Positions 38,401 through 48,391 of a stretch of 64,000 bases of DNA are shown here, piece after piece (the first letter of the stretch is position 1; the number at the start of each line of letters is the position of its first letter). The stretch lies in sequence record MW822008.1. One strand, 5' to 3'. The notes beneath the pieces were generated by a model that had not been told where the DNA came from, ran no database searches, and saw only the letters and a list, made by a program, of their open reading frames with translations. The position numbers and the translations under genes are program-made.

Positions 38401-39300
38401 TTATTTACCGGAAATTACTATTTTACCACTAAACGCTTCGTCAGAAGTGAATGTAACATTACCACTTGCATCAATTTGAGTTTCGGTTATTACCAGTTCA
38501 AATGGTGATGCTGCTGTGCTGCCTGGAGTTTTATTTGAATAAATTGAAATATACAAATTATCAGGTGTTTGGTTATGTTCAGACGCGGGGATAGTAATGG
38601 TGTATTCATCACTAGATACTACCCAATCCGCTTGGTTAATTAATTTACTATAAGGTACTGTCATTGTTGTTGCTCCTATGATGTTGACTTTGACACTTGT
38701 ATAATCAGTGATTTGACCAATAACATCAATCGTAATGTCACCAATACCACTCACAGTGACGTTAGTTTGGAATACAGTGTCAAGTGGGATGTTACCAGGG
38801 TCACCCTGTAGCTGAACCATAATATCTGGTCCACGACCATGTACTGATTCAGGTAAAGAATAAGTATATTGATCTGTTGTTCCAGGAACTAATGTAAATG
38901 CCGATACAGGAACGATTTCAGTAGTAACGTAAGAACTATCAGTACCTGGAGTTGTGCTTTGGAGAGGTTTCCAAACACCAAGGTCTTTAATATAGATCTG
39001 AATAATATTAGTACTGTCAACTAAGAAGTAAGCGTCACCATCTACACCGATTGATTCAGATGGTGCAATAGTTCCACGTAAAATACCGGAACCGCCACCA
39101 CCACCGCTATGTGTATTCAAATAACCCAATGTAACCAAGTGTGTATTTGCGGTTGGGTCACCTGCTGAAACAGGAAGAAGTTGTGTACCCGTGTAGTTCT
39201 GGATTTGAACAACATTACCATTAGTGGCAATTTGTGCACCATTTTTACCAAGTATGAAGGTCTTCTTCATGGTTCCTTCTAAATTAGAAAAAACTGCCAT
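38401..39300 (-). CDS. Virion appendage protein with MAVFSNLEGTM N-terminal module and two C-terminal beta repeats
   Basis: The N-terminal ~100 aa parallel those of ORF 41456; poly-Gly hinge; two YT..+P.S.H repeats. Confidence 0.7.
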   Translation of the reverse strand: MAVFSNLEGTMKKTFILGKNGAQIATNGNVVQIQNYTGTQLLPVSAGDPTANTHLVTLGYLNTHSGGGGGSGILRGTIAPSESIGVDGDAYFLVDSTNIIQIYIKDLGVWKPLQSTTPGTDSSYVTTEIVPVSAFTLVPGTTDQYTYSLPESVHGRGPDIMVQLQGDPGNIPLDTVFQTNVTVSGIGDITIDVIGQITDYTSVKVNIIGATTMTVPYSKLINQADWVVSSDEYTITIPASEHNQTPDNLYISIYSNKTPGSTAASPFELVITETQIDASGNVTFTSDEAFSGKIVISGK

Positions 39301-39314
39301 TTTTATAATCTCCT

Positions 39315-41456
39315 TTAAGATAGGGTGATATATGTTATTGGTTGAGCAGCTTTCAATAATGCCCCTGCTGCGGTAGCAGTAACAATCGGATCGGCAATAT
39401 CGATACGATACGCATTATTAACAACATAAACTGCTCTAGTGATATATGTTTTTAAATCTTCGCCGTTTTCCCCTGCTCCTGTGATTAGGATTTCGGTTCC
39501 AGCAGCTTTAGCATATTGATTTTCACCCCATGATACACCCAATGCTTCGATATAAGTTTGTCCTGCAACTGTTTGTCTAATTGTGTCATATCGACCAAAG
39601 AAAGAACCACCTACTGTAACAATAAATTTTCCACCTGATTGTTTATGGATAATTGTTCCTTCTGGGAAATATCTCCCACCAGGAAAAACATCATAAGGCA
39701 CGTAATACTGTTCAACTACAGGTATTACTACAGGTCCACGATGACCCGTTCCATCAATTGCAGTGGTTACTTTAAAGTTATTAGATGATTGGTCAATACG
39801 GTCAACATACATTCTTGAGAAACTATATTTTGATATGTTACAATCATCTTGAACAACACAATTAGTCCAGTTGGTATATGTATATTTAGAGCGAGTATAT
39901 AAGCCCCCTCCTTCACCTTCAGTTGCAAGGTGTTGTCCAATAACATCAAGTTCTTTAGTACTGATATTATTAAACTTGGAAGATGACGGCAATCCACGCC
40001 ATTGAATTCTACTACATGTAATATTAGAAAGTTCAGTAGTATTTAGCCAATTATCAGAGCCTGATGTATGCACAATAATAGACGACTCAGGAATGTGGAG
40101 ATTACATAATTTAAAGTTACGTGGAGGACCAGCAAATTTACCAGATGTTACACCCCAGTTAATAGAAACCATACGGTTAGTTACTGATGGATCATTTAAT
40201 AGATGTCCAGATAGGCCATCAATAATAAAATCAACAGAACCATAAGTAATTACACCAGCGGTTGTCAAACCAGTACCAATTGATACCAATGTCGATGGAT
40301 AAACTTCATTATTAAGAATTTTAAAGTCTTTACCCAATTCAACGTGAATACATTGACGAACATTGTATAAGCGGTTATTTTTTATAACGAATTTTTTTAC
40401 ATATTGTGAATCATCTGCATTCACATCATAAGGACCAGAACCAGCAACGCCGATACCAATACCCCAGTTTGAAAGAGGAATTGGTGCATCTGTACCATCT
40501 ACGTTTTCAATCAAGTTACCTTCTATTACAAAACCGTCTGGGTAATGTGAGTTGACTACGTTCAATTCAATTGCATCACCATATATATCATGGATGTGGT
40601 TGTATGAATAACGCCCAACTGTCATTTTCTCACCAGTGCCTTGCTGAAGAACACCGTACTTACATTGTGTCATTTCATTAAAGCAGAAGTCGATAGTACC
40701 TGATTCAGTCATACCTTGCATTAGAAATGCAGCAGTACTTGTAATATTAATAAATTTATTAAAATAAAATTTACCATTACCACCAAAGAATTTTAAATAA
40801 CATCCTGTTAATGTTGCTTGTTGGATTGTACTATTCAGTACTGATACCATTGTTCCACCGTTACCAGTGATTGTTCCACCAAACCATTGAATATCATTCA
40901 AATAAACAGCAGTTCTGATACGATAATTACCACCAGCTTGAATTTGGATTTGGTGTTCTTTTGCATAAACTGCACATGCGTTAACCGCCGCCGTGTCATC
41001 AGTGATGCCATCACCTTTTGCACCAAACTCTTCTGGAGTTATGTAAAACTGTGCCTGTTGGAGTGTTCCTCCAGTAATAAGTCCGATATAATCAGCACCG
41101 TTAACACTGGAAAGGACATTTTTATTAATGTATAATGATTTTACCCAAACATCATTTGTTTTTGCAAAGATATCAACAATACCCTCAGAATCAACTTGAA
41201 AATAAGTGTTGTTATTTTTACCAATGTCATTTGTTGGTGGAAGCACGCCAAATAAAGCATTTGGGTTATCTTCAAGATACCTAACGTTTACTGCGGAATC
41301 ATCGTCATTAGGAGTTCCCACCTTAACAGGTAGGAACGTTTCGCCTAAAAAGTCTTTGATTGCGACAGAATCGTTTACAAAATTAATAGAAGCACCACGT
41401 TTACCCAACTTAAATGTTGGCATCATGGTTCCTTCTAAATTGGAAAAAACTGCCAT
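39315..41456 (-). CDS. Tailspike, WcaM-like colanic acid depolymerase (colanidase)
   Basis: ITPEEFGAKGDGITDDTAA beta-helix cap. GDAIELNV, NWGIGIGVAG, VKKFVIKN and RQCIHVELGKDF resemble WcaM (NWGIGIGLAG, VKNFVVAN, RQLVHVENGKHF). Confidence 0.8.
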   Translation of the reverse strand: MAVFSNLEGTMMPTFKLGKRGASINFVNDSVAIKDFLGETFLPVKVGTPNDDDSAVNVRYLEDNPNALFGVLPPTNDIGKNNNTYFQVDSEGIVDIFAKTNDVWVKSLYINKNVLSSVNGADYIGLITGGTLQQAQFYITPEEFGAKGDGITDDTAAVNACAVYAKEHQIQIQAGGNYRIRTAVYLNDIQWFGGTITGNGGTMVSVLNSTIQQATLTGCYLKFFGGNGKFYFNKFINITSTAAFLMQGMTESGTIDFCFNEMTQCKYGVLQQGTGEKMTVGRYSYNHIHDIYGDAIELNVVNSHYPDGFVIEGNLIENVDGTDAPIPLSNWGIGIGVAGSGPYDVNADDSQYVKKFVIKNNRLYNVRQCIHVELGKDFKILNNEVYPSTLVSIGTGLTTAGVITYGSVDFIIDGLSGHLLNDPSVTNRMVSINWGVTSGKFAGPPRNFKLCNLHIPESSIIVHTSGSDNWLNTTELSNITCSRIQWRGLPSSSKFNNISTKELDVIGQHLATEGEGGGLYTRSKYTYTNWTNCVVQDDCNISKYSFSRMYVDRIDQSSNNFKVTTAIDGTGHRGPVVIPVVEQYYVPYDVFPGGRYFPEGTIIHKQSGGKFIVTVGGSFFGRYDTIRQTVAGQTYIEALGVSWGENQYAKAAGTEILITGAGENGEDLKTYITRAVYVVNNAYRIDIADPIVTATAAGALLKAAQPITYITLS

Positions 41457-41470
41457 TTATCAACCCTCTT

Positions 41471-42598
41471 TTAAATGTTATCTTGAATAGGCTGAATAGG
41501 TGCTTGCCATGATAAAGTACAAACGATCTTCATTTCACCAAATGAACTGTTGTTTACGGAATCATTGAATACACAAGAAATGATTTCATCTTTACTTGAC
41601 ACTTCATGGTTGGTTTCGTTAACAATGTAACGCATTTTGCGGTTGATATCGAAATAATCAACAGGTGCAATTACAGTACCACCAATATCTTCTTGTGCTT
41701 CACCACCGAAACGTACAAACATTTCACTTACTGGTTCATCATATGCTTGGTTAATATCAACTTCGATATTAGTTACTAGGTATCCAGCAGGGCATGTACC
41801 AATAACTAACAATGCGTTGGTCCATGAATGATCAATAGTGTTGATGATAACAACTGTATCTTTACCTGGTTCACCCTGAATACCTGGTTCACCTTGCTTA
41901 CCTTCTTCACCGTCTTTTCCACGGAATAAGATGCCAGCACTCCACTCTTTAGTTGGGGTGGATGATGTAGTTACGATATCAACATAATACAAATTACCAT
42001 CAGTAGTGTTATAGAAGCAATAATCTTGTGGTAGATTATCAATGCTTGGGAATTGACTACCAGTACTATCAATGTGGAAACGACCACGTAGACCCTGTTC
42101 ACCACGGAAAGGAACACCATCACTCCATGTTGCAGTTACGCTTTGATAGAAATATAATTTACCATCTTCAGTATTATAGAAGGTATAGTTATTGACGAGG
42201 CCAGTTGTTGGAAACACAGTACCGGAACTGTCAATGTGGAATGGTTTACCAGCTTCACCAGTATCACCTTTACCAAACTCTACACGGTTCCAAGTACTAA
42301 TTGTTTCTTGTGCATCGTTTGATTTAAAATATAAAGTACTAGTGCCGTTTGCAAGACTAAGATAACACCACCCTAGTTCTTCACCAACACGGAAGAGTTC
42401 ATTAGGAACTTCAAAACCTATCTCATTTGGATAAAAGTTTCTACCGTTAGCACCATTTTGTCCAACCACTAGACCTAAGTCTTGGATTGTATTGTCGGAA
42501 TAGGTTACAATTAAATGTCCAGCAGCGTTAATAACTAAACTTTTGATGCCAGAATTATTACATGAACCACCTGACCCATTGTTGAATGAAATTGTCAT
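41471..42598 (-). CDS. Collagen-like repeat virion protein
   Basis: GQNGANG, GDTGEAG, GEQGLRG and GKDGEEGKQGEPGIQGEPG tracts alternate with FHIDS.G...FYNT.DG.LY modules. AAGGG RBS before ATG 42598. Confidence 0.75.
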   Translation of the reverse strand: MTISFNNGSGGSCNNSGIKSLVINAAGHLIVTYSDNTIQDLGLVVGQNGANGRNFYPNEIGFEVPNELFRVGEELGWCYLSLANGTSTLYFKSNDAQETISTWNRVEFGKGDTGEAGKPFHIDSSGTVFPTTGLVNNYTFYNTEDGKLYFYQSVTATWSDGVPFRGEQGLRGRFHIDSTGSQFPSIDNLPQDYCFYNTTDGNLYYVDIVTTSSTPTKEWSAGILFRGKDGEEGKQGEPGIQGEPGKDTVVIINTIDHSWTNALLVIGTCPAGYLVTNIEVDINQAYDEPVSEMFVRFGGEAQEDIGGTVIAPVDYFDINRKMRYIVNETNHEVSSKDEIISCVFNDSVNNSSFGEMKIVCTLSWQAPIQPIQDNI

Positions 42599-42634
42599 AA
42601 TATTTCCCTTGTATGAGTTAATGTCATATACCAA

Positions 42635-42713
42635 TATTTATCAGTACAAAATACATTTCGTTGCCATTAATAAATAAATGAAAGTTCACTACTAAAAGGG
42701 CTTAACAATGGCA
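42635..42713. promoter_or_regulatory. Divergent late promoters: TAAATA on - (42635-42640) and on + (42671-42676)
   Basis: Both cores lie 30-40 nt upstream of the divergent starts. TGCCATT (42662-42668) is complementary to AATGGCA over the + strand start codon. Confidence 0.6.
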
Positions 42714-43205
42714 TTAAGATCAAAAGACTTCCTCTTCAAAAGAAAAACTAAAGATGGTTCATGGCAAGAATTTCCTGAATCAGATAGCTGGTATCCTGCT
42801 AACTTAGATTATCATTGGAACGAACAAACATTACCATTAGCTAGTGGCGGCTATTATGGTAGTACTACAGGATTACATACAATATCCTTTACCCTACGTA
42901 ACTTCATTGGTAGAATTTACGTACTCGCTACACTGGCAAGTAATCCATCTGACGATGATTGGTTCCCAATTAAATTTACCGAAAGCTGCAACTTCTATCT
43001 TGAATTTACTGATAATGTCATTCTTAACCCAAATGGTGGTGACCTTATTAGAGAACAAGGTACAACTGGTACATTCGCTGAAACCTTAACCGGAAACTTT
43101 ACCTATCTGAAAGTTGGTATTGACCGTGATTACATTAGCAAGTATCCATCTGATGTACAAAAAAGTTTAGCTGGTAAGTTAGAACAAATTTTAATTAACT
43201 ACTAA
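42708..43205 (+). CDS. Conserved virion structural protein
   Basis: FIGRIYVLATLASNPSDDDWF...GNFTYLKV pattern; late promoter upstream. Confidence 0.7.
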   Translation: MALRSKDFLFKRKTKDGSWQEFPESDSWYPANLDYHWNEQTLPLASGGYYGSTTGLHTISFTLRNFIGRIYVLATLASNPSDDDWFPIKFTESCNFYLEFTDNVILNPNGGDLIREQGTTGTFAETLTGNFTYLKVGIDRDYISKYPSDVQKSLAGKLEQILINY

Positions 43206-43214
43206 GGATTAGAA

Positions 43215-43823
43215 ATGAAATTAGAAACAGAACAACCAAAACTATTTGTTAAGGGTCATGTACTAATTACTGACGTTACTGATCCATCTAACCAAAAAAT
43301 CGTTTTGGATAAATCAAACGCAATTCACCCTGAAAATATGAGTACTGCTATTGCTAATGCGTTGGCTTATAATCAAGATAGTACTGGTATTCCTATTGGA
43401 TCTATTAGTGAGATGCGTTTTGGTAATGGTGGAACAGTAGTTTTGAGTACTGGTCGTATCACATACAAGAAACCACGCGTTACTTCTTTCGGTGGTCTAT
43501 ATTCTCAGACTTATCTGAAAAAAATCAACCCACGTATCTCTGCTGGTATTGATTCACAATATAACAACATTACAACTGTTCACATTCCAGGCCAAGCTTA
43601 CACTGATATTGTCTGTATTTGTACATTAGGTTTAGGTGAGCCATCTGACCAAGGTGTTAGCTCTGGTACTAGCATGGATGGGACATATGTATTTGACGAA
43701 TTGGGTTTATATACAAATGGTGATAGTGGTATTCCACTTACCCATATCATTTTTCACCCAGTTGAGAAAAGTGCTAACCGTGTTTTGCAAATCAAATACA
43801 CAGTTCGTGTCCAACTACAATAA
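43215..43823 (+). CDS. Conserved baseplate/fibre-attachment structural protein
   Basis: NAIHPENMS, FGNGG, FDELGL, LTHIIFHPVEKSANRVLQIKYTVRV. Confidence 0.7.
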   Translation: MKLETEQPKLFVKGHVLITDVTDPSNQKIVLDKSNAIHPENMSTAIANALAYNQDSTGIPIGSISEMRFGNGGTVVLSTGRITYKKPRVTSFGGLYSQTYLKKINPRISAGIDSQYNNITTVHIPGQAYTDIVCICTLGLGEPSDQGVSSGTSMDGTYVFDELGLYTNGDSGIPLTHIIFHPVEKSANRVLQIKYTVRVQLQ

Positions 43824-43835
43824 TAAGGTGATGAT

Positions 43836-44936
43836 ATGAGTGTAAGTTATACAATTTATAGAAGTAATGGTAGCGTTTATGCTACCATTCCAAATAACGT
43901 AATATTAGGACCAAACCAACCTGGTAGTAACCCAGTACCGTTAAACTTTGCAGGTAGAAATAAAGTTGGTTACGGGCAAGCATGGAACGAAAACTTCCTC
44001 CACTTGGTTGAGAACTTCAGTGGGGCTACTGCACCTCGTGGTAACGTTAATGGTCAGATTTGGTACAGAAATACTGGCAACACTGGTGAACTACTTCTTG
44101 CATTAGTTGATAATGCTCGTCAACCAGTAGATACTGCATCTGAAGCTGACTGGGCATCTATCCCAATGATTTCAATTTTCAACACAGTACCAGATGGTGA
44201 AAATAGTATTATGGGTCGTATGGTTCTTACCAGCAATGGTGATTCCCTTCGTGTCCTAATGAAAAATAAAGAATGGCGTGAAATTCAAACATCTCGTCCT
44301 GAAAATAAAGAATACTCCACACTACTTGATATCAACTATGATACAGGTAAGAAATACATTGAATTTACACAAAGTAACAGTACTAAGCCATTAGCTTACT
44401 TCAATATGGGTGGCACTTCACAGGTTGATTCAAATAACTGGACAACATTCACAAATGGTACTGGGGTGTTTGAATTTGGTAGTAACTATTTTTATGAATT
44501 GAAAATTATGATTCGTGAAGTTAGTGATTCATCAGGTGAAATTGTTTCTCTTCCGTATAATTCAAAAACATTTTTCATTAAAGGTCAGTTCTATGTTGAT
44601 AACCAAGGTACATTTGTTCCTGGTTCAATTGGTGCAAGTCAGATTCCAGACCCACGTCGCATTACACAACTAGAATCAATCAAGGATGTAATTACCAGTA
44701 GTCGCCCTAATTGGGATGTATCTATGGTAATTAATGGTGTTGACCCAACTCTCCCAAATCCGAATGGTATTACAAAAGCGGATTACGAAAACTGGGTGGT
44801 TAACTCTCTTAACTCTAATAAAAACTTAGGGTTCCGCGTCGATGGTATAGTAAACAACCTTTCGGCGGGTGAGTCAGTTAAGCTTCAAGCATCTGTCCTA
44901 CTTAATATAACAGGTATCCCACTGATTGGGGTATAA
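43836..44936 (+). CDS. Fibre/baseplate structural protein
   Basis: GRNKVGYGQAWNENFLHLVENFSGATAP...GQIWY N-terminal module typical of jumbo-myovirus fibre anchors. Confidence 0.7.
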   Translation: MSVSYTIYRSNGSVYATIPNNVILGPNQPGSNPVPLNFAGRNKVGYGQAWNENFLHLVENFSGATAPRGNVNGQIWYRNTGNTGELLLALVDNARQPVDTASEADWASIPMISIFNTVPDGENSIMGRMVLTSNGDSLRVLMKNKEWREIQTSRPENKEYSTLLDINYDTGKKYIEFTQSNSTKPLAYFNMGGTSQVDSNNWTTFTNGTGVFEFGSNYFYELKIMIREVSDSSGEIVSLPYNSKTFFIKGQFYVDNQGTFVPGSIGASQIPDPRRITQLESIKDVITSSRPNWDVSMVINGVDPTLPNPNGITKADYENWVVNSLNSNKNLGFRVDGIVNNLSAGESVKLQASVLLNITGIPLIGV

Positions 44937-44940
44937 AAAG

Positions 44941-44968
44941 AAAAAAGGAGCCAATGGCTCCTTTTTTT
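44941..44968. terminator. Bidirectional terminator
   Basis: AAAAAAGGAGCC-aat-GGCTCCTTTTTT. Confidence 0.9.
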
Positions 44969-44969
44969 G

Positions 44970-45434
44970 TTAATATCGATATGGTAAGCTGTTGACAAAC
45001 TGTGTACCTTGACGTATACTTTCCCACAATGAATAAAAATCCTTCATTAAATTTGCGTTGAGTAATGTGTTTTTTGCACCAGGATGTAACGGTTTAGGCC
45101 ATGAGCCAATCTTAACCCATGCATAACCAGAACTCTCATGATTTAAAGTAGGTACGAATTCATTTTCAACTACAATGACAAATGAATAGTATTTAAATTT
45201 ACCATTCTTAGTGCAGAACACATCAAATGGTATAATATCTATTATCGTTGGAATAGAATCACCTAGTTCTTCTTTAATCTCACGCATAAGACCCTGTAAA
45301 GGAGTTTCATTATACTCAAGCTTCCCACCAACAAATGCCCAGTTGTTAGAATACGTACTTCTTTCTGATCTCAAGTTTAACATCATGTGTCCAGTACTTT
45401 TAGATAAAAATATAGCACCTACTGCTTCATTCAT
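44970..45434 (-). CDS. Nudix hydrolase (second copy, in the late operon)
   Basis: GGKLEYNETPLQGLMREIKEELG Nudix box. Confidence 0.92.
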   Translation of the reverse strand: MNEAVGAIFLSKSTGHMMLNLRSERSTYSNNWAFVGGKLEYNETPLQGLMREIKEELGDSIPTIIDIIPFDVFCTKNGKFKYYSFVIVVENEFVPTLNHESSGYAWVKIGSWPKPLHPGAKNTLLNANLMKDFYSLWESIRQGTQFVNSLPYRY

Positions 45435-45446
45435 AACAACACCTCC

Positions 45447-46790
45447 TTATTTGTCAGTGAAAGTTATTTTCCAATACCCCTGGCGATATACCGACATAAT
45501 ACTCTTATGCCATTTGAATTTGTCATTATATCTATAATATCCACTATCTTCCATATTATAAACATAGTTGTGTACTAGTGATGGTTCAATAAGTTCTGCT
45601 CCATCATTGGTAATTTTAAACAAATAGTTCGCTGGGATTTCAGTCTCTTTGTAAATGATGTTATGTATGCTATTATTTACATAATATTGTTCAGGTAGTG
45701 CGTTATATAACAAAGAGCCTTTACTAATGAATCCATGTATTGTATAATCAACAGTATAATTACTATTATCAAGCTGAACTACAATCTTGTTAGCATCAAC
45801 CCCTTCACCAAATGAAGAGATATGTCCTTTTAGTGGGTTATCCTCTTCTATAGCTTGTTGGAATTTAATACCTACAGTCTTGTCTTCATATTCTGGGTCC
45901 AAGTACTTAAGGTATTTTTCCCATGAATAAATCCCACCATTTGGTGATGTTTCTGATAGTGATTGACTAACAAGAGTAAGTTGGTAAGTATCTGGTATAT
46001 TAAGTTCAGAGTTTGTTATTTCATCAACTTTAATACATAAGTTCTTTGGTGTGAACACATCAGTAATGATATCGGAGTAATTACCAATTTCAAAATCAAG
46101 TTCATCACGAGCACCTTTAATATTGGTGGTGATTTGTTGGATAAGTTTTGGTTTCTCAACAATAGCTGGCAAAGAGAACCAAATTGTGGTTTCAAATGTC
46201 AATACCATTATATCCAAATCACTATCGGTTCCTTGTGGGAAACCACGAGTAGTAAATTGACAGTCAATCAACTCCACATCACTCAATGATGTCCAATCCA
46301 ATGGGTTCTCGGAGAGTTGTAATTGAATACTAGGAGCAAACAATGTTGAAATTTGCTCAAATAGTTCCATTTTAGTTTGTGTTTGTGTAACCCAAATATT
46401 AACATCAAACGTAAATGTCCAAGGTACTGGGTTATGACGAGTTACTTTATACTGTTTATCTAAGTCTTTAGTATATTCGTTAATTCCAGGGGACTTGTTA
46501 GTCCCCATAACTAATGTTTCATTTGCGTTTGAACGAACTGACTTGCGATCTAGTTTAAGTTGGTTTACACTAATGGTCATGATTGGTGCTGTTGGAAGCA
46601 CGTTCTCACTGTTACCATTAATAATTGCTGCTGCCATACGTGAAATATCTGCATAGCGGCAAGGAACTTTCTTATATTTTGGTTTTCCGTCAGCATCAAC
46701 ACCATTTTGTACTTGAAATTCACCAAACACTCTGATAAGATGTTTCAGTACTCGACGAAATTGACCATCATAATAATAATCTATTTTCAT
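45447..46790 (-). CDS. Tail terminator/sheath stabiliser (T4 gp15-like) with C-terminal extension
   Basis: YYYDGQFRR..KVPCRYA...P+MT+...PVPW.F.F+VNIW...KMELFEQI..LF.P. Confidence 0.75.
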   Translation of the reverse strand: MKIDYYYDGQFRRVLKHLIRVFGEFQVQNGVDADGKPKYKKVPCRYADISRMAAAIINGNSENVLPTAPIMTISVNQLKLDRKSVRSNANETLVMGTNKSPGINEYTKDLDKQYKVTRHNPVPWTFTFDVNIWVTQTQTKMELFEQISTLFAPSIQLQLSENPLDWTSLSDVELIDCQFTTRGFPQGTDSDLDIMVLTFETTIWFSLPAIVEKPKLIQQITTNIKGARDELDFEIGNYSDIITDVFTPKNLCIKVDEITNSELNIPDTYQLTLVSQSLSETSPNGGIYSWEKYLKYLDPEYEDKTVGIKFQQAIEEDNPLKGHISSFGEGVDANKIVVQLDNSNYTVDYTIHGFISKGSLLYNALPEQYYVNNSIHNIIYKETEIPANYLFKITNDGAELIEPSLVHNYVYNMEDSGYYRYNDKFKWHKSIMSVYRQGYWKITFTDK

Positions 46791-48283
46791 TCTGAATCCT
46801 TATGTATACGATACACTGTATTAGGTTTAACTGCATCATGTAATGGTACACGGTTCGGGCTATTAACAAATTCTGTTAGAGCAAGATCTGCACCTTCCCA
46901 CGGTTTTCTACCACCGTAATCGAAAATCACCCAAGAATTCTTGGACGCACTGTATTCCCATAGGGTTACTGGTGTATAATCGGTACGATAGTAGTAATCA
47001 CCATCAACTGCATCACTTGGGAACATGTTACCTTCAGGAACTGTACCTCGTGCTGGAGGAATCTTAGGACGATAATCTTGTTGTGAATCGATATTTCCAT
47101 AAACACTATTAGAAGTGAATGGGTCATTAACGTAAGTTACTTCTGGTTCTCCCCATTTACCATTTAAGTACTGATAAATGTGTGGTTCTTTGTATTCAAT
47201 ATAAAAATCATCAACCCCTTGTGGCGGTGTGCTTTCTGTAGTACACTCAACATCACAATTTAGCCACTTTTTGGCAGATTTGTCGTATTGATACAATGAG
47301 AAGCCAGTAACATCAGCCTCGTTTTCTTTAAAGAAGAAGTCACCATCCATCGGTTTGCGAGGAAAGATGGTTCCACGCTTGACTTCCACAGAAATCCATG
47401 TATCATTAGATAGTTCTTTCAGTACTGGGTAAGTTTTCTTGAGGAAATACATTTTATTTGCTGGTTCCTCTGGTAATTCGTATCCATTTAGCATATACTT
47501 AGACAAATCAACAGTATCTGGTCTGTCATCGAACAAGTGTTCGTTAGTAAAATGAATGTATGGTACTTCATCATCAGCTTGCATAATGATACGGTTCATA
47601 ATATCCATTTCATTACCATAGCTGCTGTTCTCTGAAGAGCCATCATCAGTATTACCATTGCCGTTGTTTGGATCATCTGGGTCATCAGGGTAGTTATTGT
47701 TACCTAGAAGGTCAGAGTACTCTGGTGAATCAGTAAGAGGTTTAACACGGAGTTTGTAAATGTGATGTTGCCATGTAACTGAGTAACCTTCTGACGTTCT
47801 AAACCCATCTTGTACTACATAGAAGCGGTTTAAACCAGAATCTTTACCAAGTACATCAAAATCACGTAAGTTAGGAAGTTCGATTACGTCACCTGGCATA
47901 ATTTTTCTTCCCAAACGCTGAATCATTGTGTTATAATGAATTGTGATGTCCATTGTGTTAAAATTGAAGAACAATCCTGGGATTTTCAAGTCAGGTGTTG
48001 CTTCTTGGACTTGGTAGACGCAACTTAAGGTGATAGCTTCGAGATTATAGTTACGGCTTGGAGTGTCCCCAAAAATTAAATCACCAATGCTTGACACAAC
48101 GGTACTATCTGATCCATAATAATCACCGCCGTATGATAAATCAGTGTTGTCAGCGACTTGTTTTGGTCCGACATAGGCATAAAGCCACATGTCAACACCA
48201 CCGATGTTGTATTGTTCTGCTATGGCAGAGTCAATGAACTTGTAATCATTGGTTCTACCTTTTTTCCACATTCTGTATGCCAT
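46787..48283 (-). CDS. Neck/head-closure protein (T4 gp14-like) with C-terminal extension
   Basis: DYKFIDSAIAEQYNIGGVD, IQ/IFGD...RNY, LGRKIMPGDVIELP; GGAG RBS before ATG 48283. Confidence 0.7.
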   Translation of the reverse strand: MAYRMWKKGRTNDYKFIDSAIAEQYNIGGVDMWLYAYVGPKQVADNTDLSYGGDYYGSDSTVVSSIGDLIFGDTPSRNYNLEAITLSCVYQVQEATPDLKIPGLFFNFNTMDITIHYNTMIQRLGRKIMPGDVIELPNLRDFDVLGKDSGLNRFYVVQDGFRTSEGYSVTWQHHIYKLRVKPLTDSPEYSDLLGNNNYPDDPDDPNNGNGNTDDGSSENSSYGNEMDIMNRIIMQADDEVPYIHFTNEHLFDDRPDTVDLSKYMLNGYELPEEPANKMYFLKKTYPVLKELSNDTWISVEVKRGTIFPRKPMDGDFFFKENEADVTGFSLYQYDKSAKKWLNCDVECTTESTPPQGVDDFYIEYKEPHIYQYLNGKWGEPEVTYVNDPFTSNSVYGNIDSQQDYRPKIPPARGTVPEGNMFPSDAVDGDYYYRTDYTPVTLWEYSASKNSWVIFDYGGRKPWEGADLALTEFVNSPNRVPLHDAVKPNTVYRIHKDSE

Positions 48284-48353
48284 GTTTGTCTCCAAAATAA
48301 ATCGGGTATATCTTTATTTACCTTGTTGACAAACGCAAAGAATGTGATATAAT
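48284..48353. promoter_or_regulatory. Back-to-back late (-, TAAATA 48315-48320) and early (+, TTGACA 48326-16 nt-TATAAT 48348) promoters
   Basis: Motifs read directly. The inverted repeat GTTTGTC (48284-48290)/GACAAAC (48328-48334) links the gp14-like RBS region to the clpA -35 box. Confidence 0.75.
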
Positions 48354-48391
48354 GTTTATTAATTAGAGTGACTACTCATTTAGGAGAATAC

